Assembly: GCA_017992915.1 (NCBI GenBank)
Contig: JAGONS010000001.1
Coordinates: 1-63,007, forward strand
Direction of reading: 5' to 3'
Length of the DNA: 63,007 nucleotides
Origin: Bacteroidales bacterium
GTDB taxonomy: Bacteria > Bacteroidota > Bacteroidia > Bacteroidales > UBA932
Position 1 is the stretch's first letter. Each line of letters opens with the position of its first letter. Shown here piece after piece: positions 21,002-29,771 of the stretch. The notes beneath the pieces are model-generated. The model made no database searches. It was given only the letters and a program-made list of their open reading frames with translations, and was not told where the DNA came from. Position numbers and translations under genes: made by a program.

Positions 21002-23992
21002 CTATTTCAGTTTATCAAGACGCATTTTTACCTGTTCCTTCACATCATCTGCATCTCCGGTAGGCTGGTATCCCTCGAGTACGCTTTCATAGGTTGCCCT
21101 GGCCTGTTCCACATCTCCCCTATCCGCAAATGAGTCACCCAGTATAATGAATGCTTTTGCAAGCCAGTAAATCTGGGAAGTTTCGGAGTCGGAAAAATCA
21201 TACACACGATTCTCAACCGCAAGGAAATCACCCGCTCCGTAAGCATCAGTAATCAGCAGATAAGTAGCTTCCGCCCCATAATTGTCGTGAGGATTGCGGG
21301 AAAGAGAATTGAGAATAGGCTTGGCCTCTTCTCTGTTATCAAGATATAGAAGGCTTTTGGCAGTAATATATTCCGCCTCACGTCGCATCTCATCGGGAAG
21401 TTCGGAAACTCCGATCACTCTTTTTGCGTCTGCAACGGCCTCTTCATACTGCTTATTATTGTAATATGAGCGCATACGACCGAAATAGCCGGTATTTTTC
21501 ATATTTTCAGTGCTTGCAATGTAAATGAGGGATTCGTATGCGGTCACAGCCGTCGGGTAATGCTCGAGTTCATATGAAATATCTGCATAATTGAGAGTGG
21601 CAGCCTCGGCAAAGGGGCCTTCACCCAGTTTTATAACCTTGAAATAAGCATCTGATGCAGCCTCTTTGCGCCCTTTGGCCTTAAGAGACTCGGCCAGATA
21701 ATAATATGCCTGTGCCGTTTTGGAACCTGAAGGATAGTTTTTCACAAATGACTGCAGAGATGTGATGGCTGAGTTATAATTGCCGGAAAGATAGCGGTGC
21801 TCGGCCGCATTGAAGAGCATCAGTTCCTTTTCATCGGCACTCTTGATGTCCGACATTCCTAAAGTCTCGAGGTATGCGAAATACTCTTCAGGCTTATTGA
21901 TAGTCTGATAGACACTTTCCATACCCGATATGGCATTTGGTACCTCGGGAGATAGCGGCATGCCTTCGATGATGTTCTTATAATATTCTATAGCTTTAGT
22001 GTATTTCCCATTATTGGCGTTGATCATCGCCAGCTCAAGCATCGATTTTGTGAAGAAAATACTATCCGCATCATGTCCTATAAGGGTGTGGAAGCAATCT
22101 GCCGCATCATCATCAGCCCCGCGCTGCACTAAAGTGCGTCCCAGTTCGAATAGGCACTGAGAATAGAGTTCCGCGTTGCGGTTGATTTTAAGCGCCTGTC
22201 TTAATATGGATATTTTTCTGGTGTCATTGCCCAGGAGGCCGTAAGATACAGCGCCCTGATATGCCGGATATAGGTCGCTGGAGGTGGGATATCTGTTGAA
22301 GACCCGTTCATAAGTGGCAGCTGCATCGGTATAGTTGTTCTGCATGAAGTAGGAGTCGGCCAGGCGAATCCTTGCATCCCTTTCAAACTGCTTGCGGCCA
22401 CTCATTCCGAGGTACTCGGAAAACCATTGCTGCGCACTTGCAAATTTACCCCACATGAAATAACTGTACGCAAGGTTGTATACTGCAGTCCGGTATTGCT
22501 CCGAATCTAGGAAATGGGGATTTTCCATCAGGCGGAGATTGATGTCGGTAGCTTGACGGTATTTTCCATTGCGGAAATGAGACTCTGCAAGCCAGTAATT
22601 GGCAAGCGCCTCAAGGCGAGGATCATGGCGTCCGTTCTCTATAGAGAGTTCCAGCATCGGAACTGCCGATCTGTATCCCCTGTTTTCAATAAGTTGCATC
22701 GCCCTGAAGAATGCCGCTTTCTGGAGATTGGCCGAGGATTCATCTGAAAGTTCCCGAATCTTCGTAAGGGCTGTCACTGCCGAGTTATAATCATTGCTCA
22801 GCAAGAAAGCTGCTGCAATGTAATTGTTTATGATATCATCTTTTCCACTCTCAGGATAAAGCTCCATATAATTTTCGAAACCGGAGATATCGCCGTTTAC
22901 ATCAAAAGAGAGTTTGGCATGATTGAAAAGAGCATCTTCTTTGATGACACTGTCAAAATCGGATTCAGAGGCCGCTTTGAAGGCTTCCATCGCAGCAATT
23001 TTATTGTGCAGGCGGAGAGAACTGTTGGCGCTGTAATAGTAAGCGCTCTGACCAAGTGCATCTTCATTTCCGACAACATTGCTGAAGGACTCTATGGCCT
23101 GCTTGAATGACTGAAGGGTGTAGGAAAGAAGACCGGAGTAATAATGGTCCTTTCGGGTAAGGTTGCCTCCGGATGTGGAGAACATATCGAAATACTGGGC
23201 AGCAAGTGTCGGCTGTCCCATAGAAAAATAGGCCTCTGAGACTATTCTGGCCAGATTGACCTGCAAATCGCGATCAAGCGTGCTGAATATGGCAGGACCA
23301 CGGTCAATTACATAACGGTAATTACCGAGCATAAACTCAGATTCTACTGTATAATAGGAAGCCAGTACCGAAAACCGGGGATCTTTCTCCGCTTTGCGGA
23401 AAAGAGGCAGAGCCGAAGCAAAATCCTTTTCCAGATAGCGCACGTAACCCAGATAATACTGACTTGGCACGGAGAAAGGACTGAAATCGCCCTCGATAAT
23501 GGCAGTAAGTCTCCGTGCAGCCACATCGGTGTCGCCTGCCCTTATATAACAATATGCGCTTTTGAAATCATATTCAATCTGTTCCTCTGCATAGAGGAAG
23601 GGCTTTTTTATGGAATCATAGATGACAAGTGCAGCGGCATACTCCTCTCTGTCGAAAAGACGCGATGCGAGTGCAAACTTGACCATCTGAAGCTCCGGAG
23701 CATTGGGATATCTATCCTCGAAATTCTTGACCAGACCGGCAATGTTGGACCTATCAAGACGGATGGCGCACATTGTCTTATAGGCCTCCACCTGAATTGC
23801 AAAAATGGAGATATCGCTGTCCGGATCAGGCGTGACAAGGTTTAACATCTGCTCTGCCGAATAGAAGGCTCCCTTTCTGTAAAGGTCAAGCGCCGACTCA
23901 AGACGGCCGACACGATGCTCCTGTGCCATGACTTGCCCTGACAGCATCAGAGCAAAATAAGCAAGAACCAATATGAGGCTTTTCCTTTTCAT
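21002..23992 (-). CDS. Large secreted tetratricopeptide-repeat protein
   Basis: Many TPR-like A/Y/F-rich 34-aa repeats. The start is placed at MKRKSLILVLAYFALMLSGQVMA (a good signal peptide); the ORF also allows 24019. Confidence 0.7.
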   Translation of the reverse strand: MKRKSLILVLAYFALMLSGQVMAQEHRVGRLESALDLYRKGAFYSAEQMLNLVTPDPDSDISIFAIQVEAYKTMCAIRLDRSNIAGLVKNFEDRYPNAPELQMVKFALASRLFDREEYAAALVIYDSIKKPFLYAEEQIEYDFKSAYCYIRAGDTDVAARRLTAIIEGDFSPFSVPSQYYLGYVRYLEKDFASALPLFRKAEKDPRFSVLASYYTVESEFMLGNYRYVIDRGPAIFSTLDRDLQVNLARIVSEAYFSMGQPTLAAQYFDMFSTSGGNLTRKDHYYSGLLSYTLQSFKQAIESFSNVVGNEDALGQSAYYYSANSSLRLHNKIAAMEAFKAASESDFDSVIKEDALFNHAKLSFDVNGDISGFENYMELYPESGKDDIINNYIAAAFLLSNDYNSAVTALTKIRELSDESSANLQKAAFFRAMQLIENRGYRSAVPMLELSIENGRHDPRLEALANYWLAESHFRNGKYRQATDINLRLMENPHFLDSEQYRTAVYNLAYSYFMWGKFASAQQWFSEYLGMSGRKQFERDARIRLADSYFMQNNYTDAAATYERVFNRYPTSSDLYPAYQGAVSYGLLGNDTRKISILRQALKINRNAELYSQCLFELGRTLVQRGADDDAADCFHTLIGHDADSIFFTKSMLELAMINANNGKYTKAIEYYKNIIEGMPLSPEVPNAISGMESVYQTINKPEEYFAYLETLGMSDIKSADEKELMLFNAAEHRYLSGNYNSAITSLQSFVKNYPSGSKTAQAYYYLAESLKAKGRKEAASDAYFKVIKLGEGPFAEAATLNYADISYELEHYPTAVTAYESLIYIASTENMKNTGYFGRMRSYYNNKQYEEAVADAKRVIGVSELPDEMRREAEYITAKSLLYLDNREEAKPILNSLSRNPHDNYGAEATYLLITDAYGAGDFLAVENRVYDFSDSETSQIYWLAKAFIILGDSFADRGDVEQARATYESVLEGYQPTGDADDVKEQVKMRLDKLK

Positions 23993-24137
23993 CAATAAAA
24001 AACTCACATAAAAACGCATATATCAGGTGGAGCGTTTAGCTGCAAGGCATTACAACAAACCGACTCCTGCCTAAAATAGGAAAAACAAAAATACAAAAAA
24101 AATCTCATTTACAGCAGTTCGGTGATAAAGGGCTCAA

Positions 24138-24902
24138 TCAGAATACAAATCCATAACCGAGGCTGATGTTTAAATTTCTGCCTGCGGTTGATGTTTCGTA
24201 CAACTTTCTGTCGTGCACAGTTTGATCTCTCTGAACTTCCAGTTCAGCAAAGGATTTTTGTATTGGTTGCTGGAAGTTTATATCCAGAAACAGTGCACCG
24301 CTGTCGGAAATAAGATACCGGGTTGATAAACCAACATTTAAGAATATGGATGATGCATGCTGTCTATATGAGACATTATATCTGACACCATCTTCCTTTA
24401 CACTTTTCGAAGATTCTTTATCGAACAAATATGTCATATATCCAATTCCTACCCCGGGATGTATGCTCCATTTATTTTGCTCAAATCGATAGATGATTCC
24501 AATATCAAAAGCCGGATATATTTTCGTAACCATTGGGATACTTACATCTACTAACTTTTTGATTATATCTATTACAATATCAGCAATACCGGAAGGATTG
24601 TACTCCGACTTTTCGGTTGAATAGAGATTAGCATGAAACCTGGCATATCCTCCAAACTTCTCTGCAAACAGATAGGTGAACCTAAATCCGGCTAAAGGAA
24701 CAATCTTGGGCTTGGATTCGAATAACTTGGATCCCGGAGGTGAGCCGGGACTGATTAGGTCAAAATTTGCTCCTGCCATCAGATCGAGTAGGAATTTTGA
24801 GTTCTGACTATTTAAGTGAGAATTCCCCGAGTTCAGTTGTTGACCATAGGAAAACAAACTAAAAAAGAGAAATATAAAGATCACGCAGTAATGTCTAATC
24901 AT
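24138..24902 (-). CDS. Small outer-membrane beta-barrel protein, function unknown
   Basis: Signal peptide ending FSYGQQ, alternating hydrophobic strands and a C-terminal GYGFVF. The gene is visibly AT-rich. Confidence 0.55.
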   Translation of the reverse strand: MIRHYCVIFIFLFFSLFSYGQQLNSGNSHLNSQNSKFLLDLMAGANFDLISPGSPPGSKLFESKPKIVPLAGFRFTYLFAEKFGGYARFHANLYSTEKSEYNPSGIADIVIDIIKKLVDVSIPMVTKIYPAFDIGIIYRFEQNKWSIHPGVGIGYMTYLFDKESSKSVKEDGVRYNVSYRQHASSIFLNVGLSTRYLISDSGALFLDINFQQPIQKSFAELEVQRDQTVHDRKLYETSTAGRNLNISLGYGFVF

Positions 24903-24939
24903 GAGTATGTGTTATACAGTATTTAGTTGTAGTATGGAA

Positions 24940-24993
24940 CTCAGAACTAGCTACTAGATAACTTACTCAGAACTCCATACTTTGGACTCGAAA
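24940..24993 (-). repeat. Degenerate heptamer array starting at a TAG stop codon (same family as 15940-16009 and 62891-63007)
   Basis: The minus strand reads TAG|TTTCGAG|TCCAAAG|TATGGAG|TTCTGAG|...|TAGCTAG|TTCTGAG. It shares the exact units TTTCGAG and TTCTGAG with the 16009 array. Confidence 0.7.
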
Positions 24994-26067
24994 CTAATTC
25001 AATTGTCCCATCATTTCCAAATGGCATTGCAACAGTTCGCCGGTTGACTCGTCGCGTAGGTGCAAACCGTTTCCTTCACAGTATTTATAAGCTTTACAAG
25101 TGGCGCATTTCCCTGTTTTGGTCCAGGAACGGTCACGCATTATCTGATATTTGGTATTCCAGACTGTCCAGAAGTCATCTTTGTAGATATTCCCCTGAAT
25201 GTAATCACCACGCAAGCTGGGACATGCGCTAATATCGCCGTTTGCCAACACCGAACCGATGTGAATGCCGGCCTGACAAAAGAAAGGTGCGTCGCGCACT
25301 TGCATTTCATAATCTGCCAAATAGCCCTCACAGCCATATGAAGCGCGAATTATCCCCTCTTTACGGGTCTGTTTAATGAAGTCCAGCATCTGCACAAACT
25401 CATCTACGGATAGTCTGAGTAGCGGGTTATCTTTTGCTCTTCCTTTAGGGAAAACGGTAAAAAGCCGCCAGTGAGTAACGCCCAGCGAAATAAGCAACTC
25501 CTTGAGCTTATGCAGGTCCAGCAATGATTTTTTATTGACACAAGTAACCACGTCATAAACCAAATCGGGAGTGGAGGCTACTCGCCGTATAGCATCTACT
25601 GCACGCTTCCAGGAGCCTTTTTTGCCGCGGAACCACTCGTGTGACTCTGCCGTATATCCATCCAGACTCACAGTTACAGAGCGTAAGCCTGCACGAAGCA
25701 GTTTATCCAATCTTTCTTGCGAAAGTCCCCATCCGTTGGTTACAAATCCCCAAGGGTATCCCATGTCGTACATGGCTCTTCCACACTCTTCCAAATCATT
25801 TCGCATCAACGGTTCGCCACCGGTAAGCACAATCATGGTCTTATTGGGGTTAACATGCGGACGAATATCCGAGAGCACTTTCAAAAAGTCTTCTTTTGGC
25901 ATATCGGGCGTAACTGATTCTCTTGTGCAATCACTTCCGCAATGGATACAGTTGAAATTGCAACGCAAGGTGCATTCCCAAAAGAAATAGTTGAGTTCGT
26001 GTAGTTTTGCTTGCGTTTTTCTGTGTTCGCGGTATAAGTTCAGTAGGATTTTGGTCCTTAATTTCAT
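24994..26067 (-). CDS. Radical SAM / SPASM-domain protein (rSAM-lipoprotein system type)
   Basis: CNFNCIHC (CxxxCxxC) radical SAM cluster and a GGEPL motif. The C-terminal Cys-rich SPASM-like region reads CQAG...ACPS...GKCATCKAYKYCEGNG. Confidence 0.85.
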   Translation of the reverse strand: MKLRTKILLNLYREHRKTQAKLHELNYFFWECTLRCNFNCIHCGSDCTRESVTPDMPKEDFLKVLSDIRPHVNPNKTMIVLTGGEPLMRNDLEECGRAMYDMGYPWGFVTNGWGLSQERLDKLLRAGLRSVTVSLDGYTAESHEWFRGKKGSWKRAVDAIRRVASTPDLVYDVVTCVNKKSLLDLHKLKELLISLGVTHWRLFTVFPKGRAKDNPLLRLSVDEFVQMLDFIKQTRKEGIIRASYGCEGYLADYEMQVRDAPFFCQAGIHIGSVLANGDISACPSLRGDYIQGNIYKDDFWTVWNTKYQIMRDRSWTKTGKCATCKAYKYCEGNGLHLRDESTGELLQCHLEMMGQLN

Positions 26068-26084
26068 TTTTACATCTGTTTTTG

Positions 26085-26594
26085 CTACTCTTCTTCTTTC
26101 ATTTCCTTATAGGGTGCCGCAGGCACACCATACATGGCAAGGGTTTCATGTTCCAATTCAAAGTTGGTGTCAGCCCTGAGAAAAACTCCGTCATACCACC
26201 TTCCATCACCTTTTTTTATCTTTTTCATTTGCTTCCAATCTACTTTAATTGAATCCGGAACAAACAATCCGCCATTTTCAAATCCATCCAAATCTTCGAC
26301 AACAATCAGATCTTCACCTCCGTAATGACGATATTTTAACTCATAGTCTCCACGAAAATTTGTCCTTACCGTGTCGTTCCCATAGGGTGAAGAATATGCT
26401 TTTCTGATAACTGCAATATTGTTTATAGGCTTTTTAGAGCGCTTTTCCGTCACTTTCCCTTTGATAATATAATCTGCGGAAGGACATCCGTATTCATACG
26501 AAGGTTCAAACCAGTCGCATCCGGTTATCATTCCTACCATTGAGAAAAAGAGGGTTAATATTTTCCCGTATGTTTTAATCGCTATCTTTTTCAT
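26085..26594 (-). CDS. Putative lipoprotein co-transcribed with the radical SAM/SPASM gene
   Basis: Lipobox MITGC. The 169-aa beta-rich body has YGCPSADYIIKGKV (carboxypeptidase-regulatory-like start) and an acidic tail KEMKEEE. It lies 17 nt upstream of the rSAM gene. Confidence 0.7.
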   Translation of the reverse strand: MKKIAIKTYGKILTLFFSMVGMITGCDWFEPSYEYGCPSADYIIKGKVTEKRSKKPINNIAVIRKAYSSPYGNDTVRTNFRGDYELKYRHYGGEDLIVVEDLDGFENGGLFVPDSIKVDWKQMKKIKKGDGRWYDGVFLRADTNFELEHETLAMYGVPAAPYKEMKEEE

Positions 26595-26853
26595 GACTTT
26601 CTGTGCACTGAAATTTTTAAATAAAAAAACATTTGTCTGATTATTCTATATACGCAGTGACTCACGAAATACTTCCATCATTGATTAAAGGCTTTGCGAC
26701 AATACATCTTAATTAATATTATATCGATGCAAAAAAAATGCAAAAGCGTTGCAAGTTGAGTGGTATTTTCCGCTATTCTCAACAAAGTTAAGTGAAAACT
26801 GTCGATTTGGACCAAAATTGTCAACCGAGATTTATTAAATGGGAATAAAAATG

Positions 26854-26861
26854 TAATTTTG
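26854..26861 (+). promoter_or_regulatory. Candidate -7 box (TAATTTTG) for ftsE
   Basis: Matches TAnnTTTG, 21 nt upstream of the ATG at 26882. Confidence 0.35.
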
Positions 26862-26881
26862 CATCCAAACAAGATCAAAAT

Positions 26882-27580
26882 ATGGACGAAAACGATATTA
26901 TCATAGAATTTGAGGATGTGGAGATCACAAACGGGGAGATTCCCGTCATTACTTCCCTCAACCTGAATATCCGTGAGGGGGAATTTATCTATCTCACCGG
27001 CAAGGTCGGCAGCGGCAAAACCTCCATCATACGCACCATAACAGCAGAAAATCCCATAACCACAGGCAATGCCCGCGTTGGGGATTTCAACCTCTCCAAC
27101 CTTAAAAGGAGGAAAATACCCTATCTCAGGCGCAAAATCGGTGTGGTTTTTCAGGACTTCCAACTCCTGATGGACAGGAGCGTGGAGGATAATCTCCTTT
27201 TTGTCCTCAAATCCACCGGATGGAAAGACCGCAAGCTTATGGAGGAGAGAATAAATAGCGTGCTTGAGGCGGTAGGAGTGGCCAGCAAGGCCCACAAAAT
27301 GCCGCATCAGCTCTCAGGAGGCGAGCAGCAGAGAGTAGCCATAGCCCGCGCTCTACTCAACGAGCCTCGTCTCATACTTGCAGACGAGCCCACGGGTAAT
27401 CTTGACGGCGAAACCGCTGCGGGCATAATGCGCCTGCTTTTCGAGATCAACCGTACACGCAAGACTGCCATCCTGATGGTTACACACAATATGAATATCG
27501 TACGGGAATTTCCCGGAAGAATACTGGTTTGCTCCAATAATGAATGCAAAGAAATATCAACAGGTCATAGCCTGGTTTGA
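26882..27580 (+). CDS. ftsE: Cell-division ABC ATPase FtsE-like
   Basis: Walker A GKVGSGKTS, signature LSGGEQQRVAIARAL and Walker B ILADEPTGNLD; 232 aa. No ftsX gene is adjacent. Confidence 0.75.
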   Translation: MDENDIIIEFEDVEITNGEIPVITSLNLNIREGEFIYLTGKVGSGKTSIIRTITAENPITTGNARVGDFNLSNLKRRKIPYLRRKIGVVFQDFQLLMDRSVEDNLLFVLKSTGWKDRKLMEERINSVLEAVGVASKAHKMPHQLSGGEQQRVAIARALLNEPRLILADEPTGNLDGETAAGIMRLLFEINRTRKTAILMVTHNMNIVREFPGRILVCSNNECKEISTGHSLV

Positions 27581-28172
27581 GGCCAATATGCCGGTAGCCG
27601 AAAGCGAGCTGGACTACAAGAACCCCTACCAGTTACTGTGTGCAGTGATACTCTCTGCCCAGGCTACCGACAAGCGGGTCAATATGATCACCCCCGAACT
27701 CTTCGAACGCTTCCCCACACCCGAAGATATGGCCGCATCCAATGAGGAGGAGATATATCAGATCATACGCTCCATAACTTACCCTAACAGCAAAGCACGC
27801 CACCTGCTGGGGATGGCACGAATGCTGGTGAGTGACTTCGGATCCGTGGTCCCGGATAATGTAGATGAATTGCAGAAACTTCCCGGTGTAGGACGTAAGA
27901 CAGCCAATGTGATTGCTTCGATCGTCTACAATAAGCCGGTGATAGCTGTAGATACGCATGTATTCCGCACCGCACGCCGCCTTGGACTCTCATCAGGCAA
28001 CAATGTGCTTGAAGTTGAAAAGGATCTGACCGCCGGTTTTCCGGAACACCTTCGCGCAAAAGCGCATCACTGGCTGATACTCCATGGCCGTTATGTCTGC
28101 ACTGCGAGAAAACAAAAGTGCGAATCCTGTGGACTCGCACCTTTCTGTGACCATTTCAACCAGAACAATTGA
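27540..28172 (+). CDS. nth: Endonuclease III (DNA glycosylase/AP lyase)
   Basis: HhH-GPD motif LPGVGRKTANV, catalytic VDTHV, and the C-terminal 4Fe-4S cluster CTARKQKCESCGLAPFC. Confidence 0.9.
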   Translation: MNAKKYQQVIAWFEANMPVAESELDYKNPYQLLCAVILSAQATDKRVNMITPELFERFPTPEDMAASNEEEIYQIIRSITYPNSKARHLLGMARMLVSDFGSVVPDNVDELQKLPGVGRKTANVIASIVYNKPVIAVDTHVFRTARRLGLSSGNNVLEVEKDLTAGFPEHLRAKAHHWLILHGRYVCTARKQKCESCGLAPFCDHFNQNN

Positions 28173-28178
28173 TTCTGA

Positions 28179-28691
28179 TTAAAATCTCTTGGTAATACCT
28201 ATATAAGATCTGTAAGGAATATCAGGTCCGAGAAGTCTAAGGTTGTATTTACCATCCAAAAATAGGCTCCAGCCATTGCTGAAGTTGTACTCAATGCCTG
28301 CACCGAAGTCCATACCGACGTGGAAGTCAACATTCTTACCGAATCCTATGTTCACACCAATGATGGGATAAACATTTAGGCCGTCAATGAGATTGATCAG
28401 GTAGTGAAAACCCACATCGGCACCGAGATGGATGGAGTTATGATCATCTACTCTTTCAAAGAATAGATCGAATCCTGCCCTTCCTCTAAAGTTGTTTGCG
28501 TTAAAGTCACCATGGAGGCCGACTGTAGGACCCCAAAATGCGTAACCTATGTGTGCGCCCACTGCACCGAAAGTGGTGGAGACTTTATAAGTTTTCTGAT
28601 CTGATTCGGTTGCCTGATCCGAGTTGGTCTGGGCTGATAGTGATGAAACACCGATGAGTGCAACCGCCAACACTAGGATTAATTTCTTCAT
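28179..28691 (-). CDS. Small outer-membrane beta-barrel protein (OmpW/porin-family-like)
   Basis: Signal peptide ...SSLSAQ, glycine/aromatic beta-strand pattern and a C-terminal ...GITKRF. Confidence 0.55.
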   Translation of the reverse strand: MKKLILVLAVALIGVSSLSAQTNSDQATESDQKTYKVSTTFGAVGAHIGYAFWGPTVGLHGDFNANNFRGRAGFDLFFERVDDHNSIHLGADVGFHYLINLIDGLNVYPIIGVNIGFGKNVDFHVGMDFGAGIEYNFSNGWSLFLDGKYNLRLLGPDIPYRSYIGITKRF

Positions 28692-28726
28692 TTGATAAAA
28701 TTATGTTAGTTAAAATTTCAAATTTG

Positions 28727-29701
28727 ATGTATCTTTATTATTTGAAACAGGAAACAAATGTAACACTTTTTTTAAATTCTCATCTTTTTTTGAAAGGCAA
28801 TGCTGACATATTTGCAACGACTCTTGCCGATTTCAGGTCCTGTCTGAAACTGGAGAGATCATTGTCAGACAACACCATAGCCGGGTATAACTCCGATTGT
28901 TCAAAATATTTCAAATTTCTGAAGGAAAAGGGTATCATTTCGCCGGAGGCTGCATCATCCGAAGATATTTCGGAATACCTTGCGAGAGCGACTGACGCGG
29001 GTCTCTCCAAGAGGAGCCAGTCCCGTCTGGTCAGTTCCCTGAAATCACTCTATCGCTTTTTAGAAGGCGAGGGACGGCTAAAGGAGAATCCTTGCGACAG
29101 AATTGATACCCCAAAACCAGGCAGATATCTTCCGGAGGTACTCTCCGTCGATGAGGTGGAGCGCATCCTTGATTCTTTTGACCTTTCGAAAAGCGAAGGA
29201 CAGCGCAATAAAACCATCATCGAGGTGCTCTACTCCTGCGGATTGAGGGTGAGCGAACTGGTGGGTCTACGCATCAGCGATCTCTTTTTGGCTGAGCAGT
29301 TTATCAGAGTAACCGGTAAGGGTTCCAAGCAGCGTCTGGTGCCCATCGGAGAACCGGCAGTGCGGAGCATCTCCCTCTATATGAGGATACGTAATGCCGG
29401 TCCGATAGCAAAGGGAGCGGAGGATATACTCTTTCTCAACCGCCGCGGAGGCAAGCTTACGCGGGAAATGATTTTTTTGATTGTTCGCCGTCAGGCGGAA
29501 ATTGCCGGAATCCGCAAAAAAGTCTCTCCTCACACTTTCAGACACTCTTTTGCCTCCCATCTGGTGGAAAACGGAGCCGATTTACGTGTCGTACAGGAAA
29601 TGCTCGGTCACGAAAGCATACTCACCACAGAAATTTACACACATATAGATACAAAGAAATGGCAGCAAACTATTCTTCAATTCCATCCTAAAAGAAAATA
29701 A
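28727..29701 (+). CDS. xerD: Site-specific tyrosine recombinase XerD (start uncertain; possibly TTG at 28790)
   Basis: N-terminal SAM-like domain (LERSLSDNTIAGY) and catalytic R..HxxR..Y motifs (HTFRHSFASHL, EIYTHI). Confidence 0.8.
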   Translation: MYLYYLKQETNVTLFLNSHLFLKGNADIFATTLADFRSCLKLERSLSDNTIAGYNSDCSKYFKFLKEKGIISPEAASSEDISEYLARATDAGLSKRSQSRLVSSLKSLYRFLEGEGRLKENPCDRIDTPKPGRYLPEVLSVDEVERILDSFDLSKSEGQRNKTIIEVLYSCGLRVSELVGLRISDLFLAEQFIRVTGKGSKQRLVPIGEPAVRSISLYMRIRNAGPIAKGAEDILFLNRRGGKLTREMIFLIVRRQAEIAGIRKKVSPHTFRHSFASHLVENGADLRVVQEMLGHESILTTEIYTHIDTKKWQQTILQFHPKRK

Positions 29702-29771
29702 TTTTCACTACCTTTACAAATTGAATTTCAAAATAAATTTTCAGCATAACACTTAACTTATCTTTATACAT

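Noticed and set aside
26595-26881. The unusually long 287-nt intergenic region, screened for a small RNA, tRNA or riboswitch.
   Set aside because: I could not find a cloverleaf, a stable terminated hairpin or a known riboswitch core by eye. Apart from a plausible ftsE -7 box, it looks like divergent AT-rich promoter DNA. It would need Rfam and RNA-seq to say more.
26678-27307. A 209-aa minus-strand ORF spanning the ftsE 5' half and the upstream intergenic region.
   Set aside because: It overlaps the well-supported ftsE gene and its promoter box. It has no recognisable domains, and its intergenic part is AT-rich promoter sequence.
28727-29701. Whether the tyrosine recombinase marks an integrated mobile element.
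   Set aside because: Its motifs and size fit housekeeping XerD. The neighbours are core genes. I found no flanking direct repeats, tRNA target, excisionase or cargo genes.
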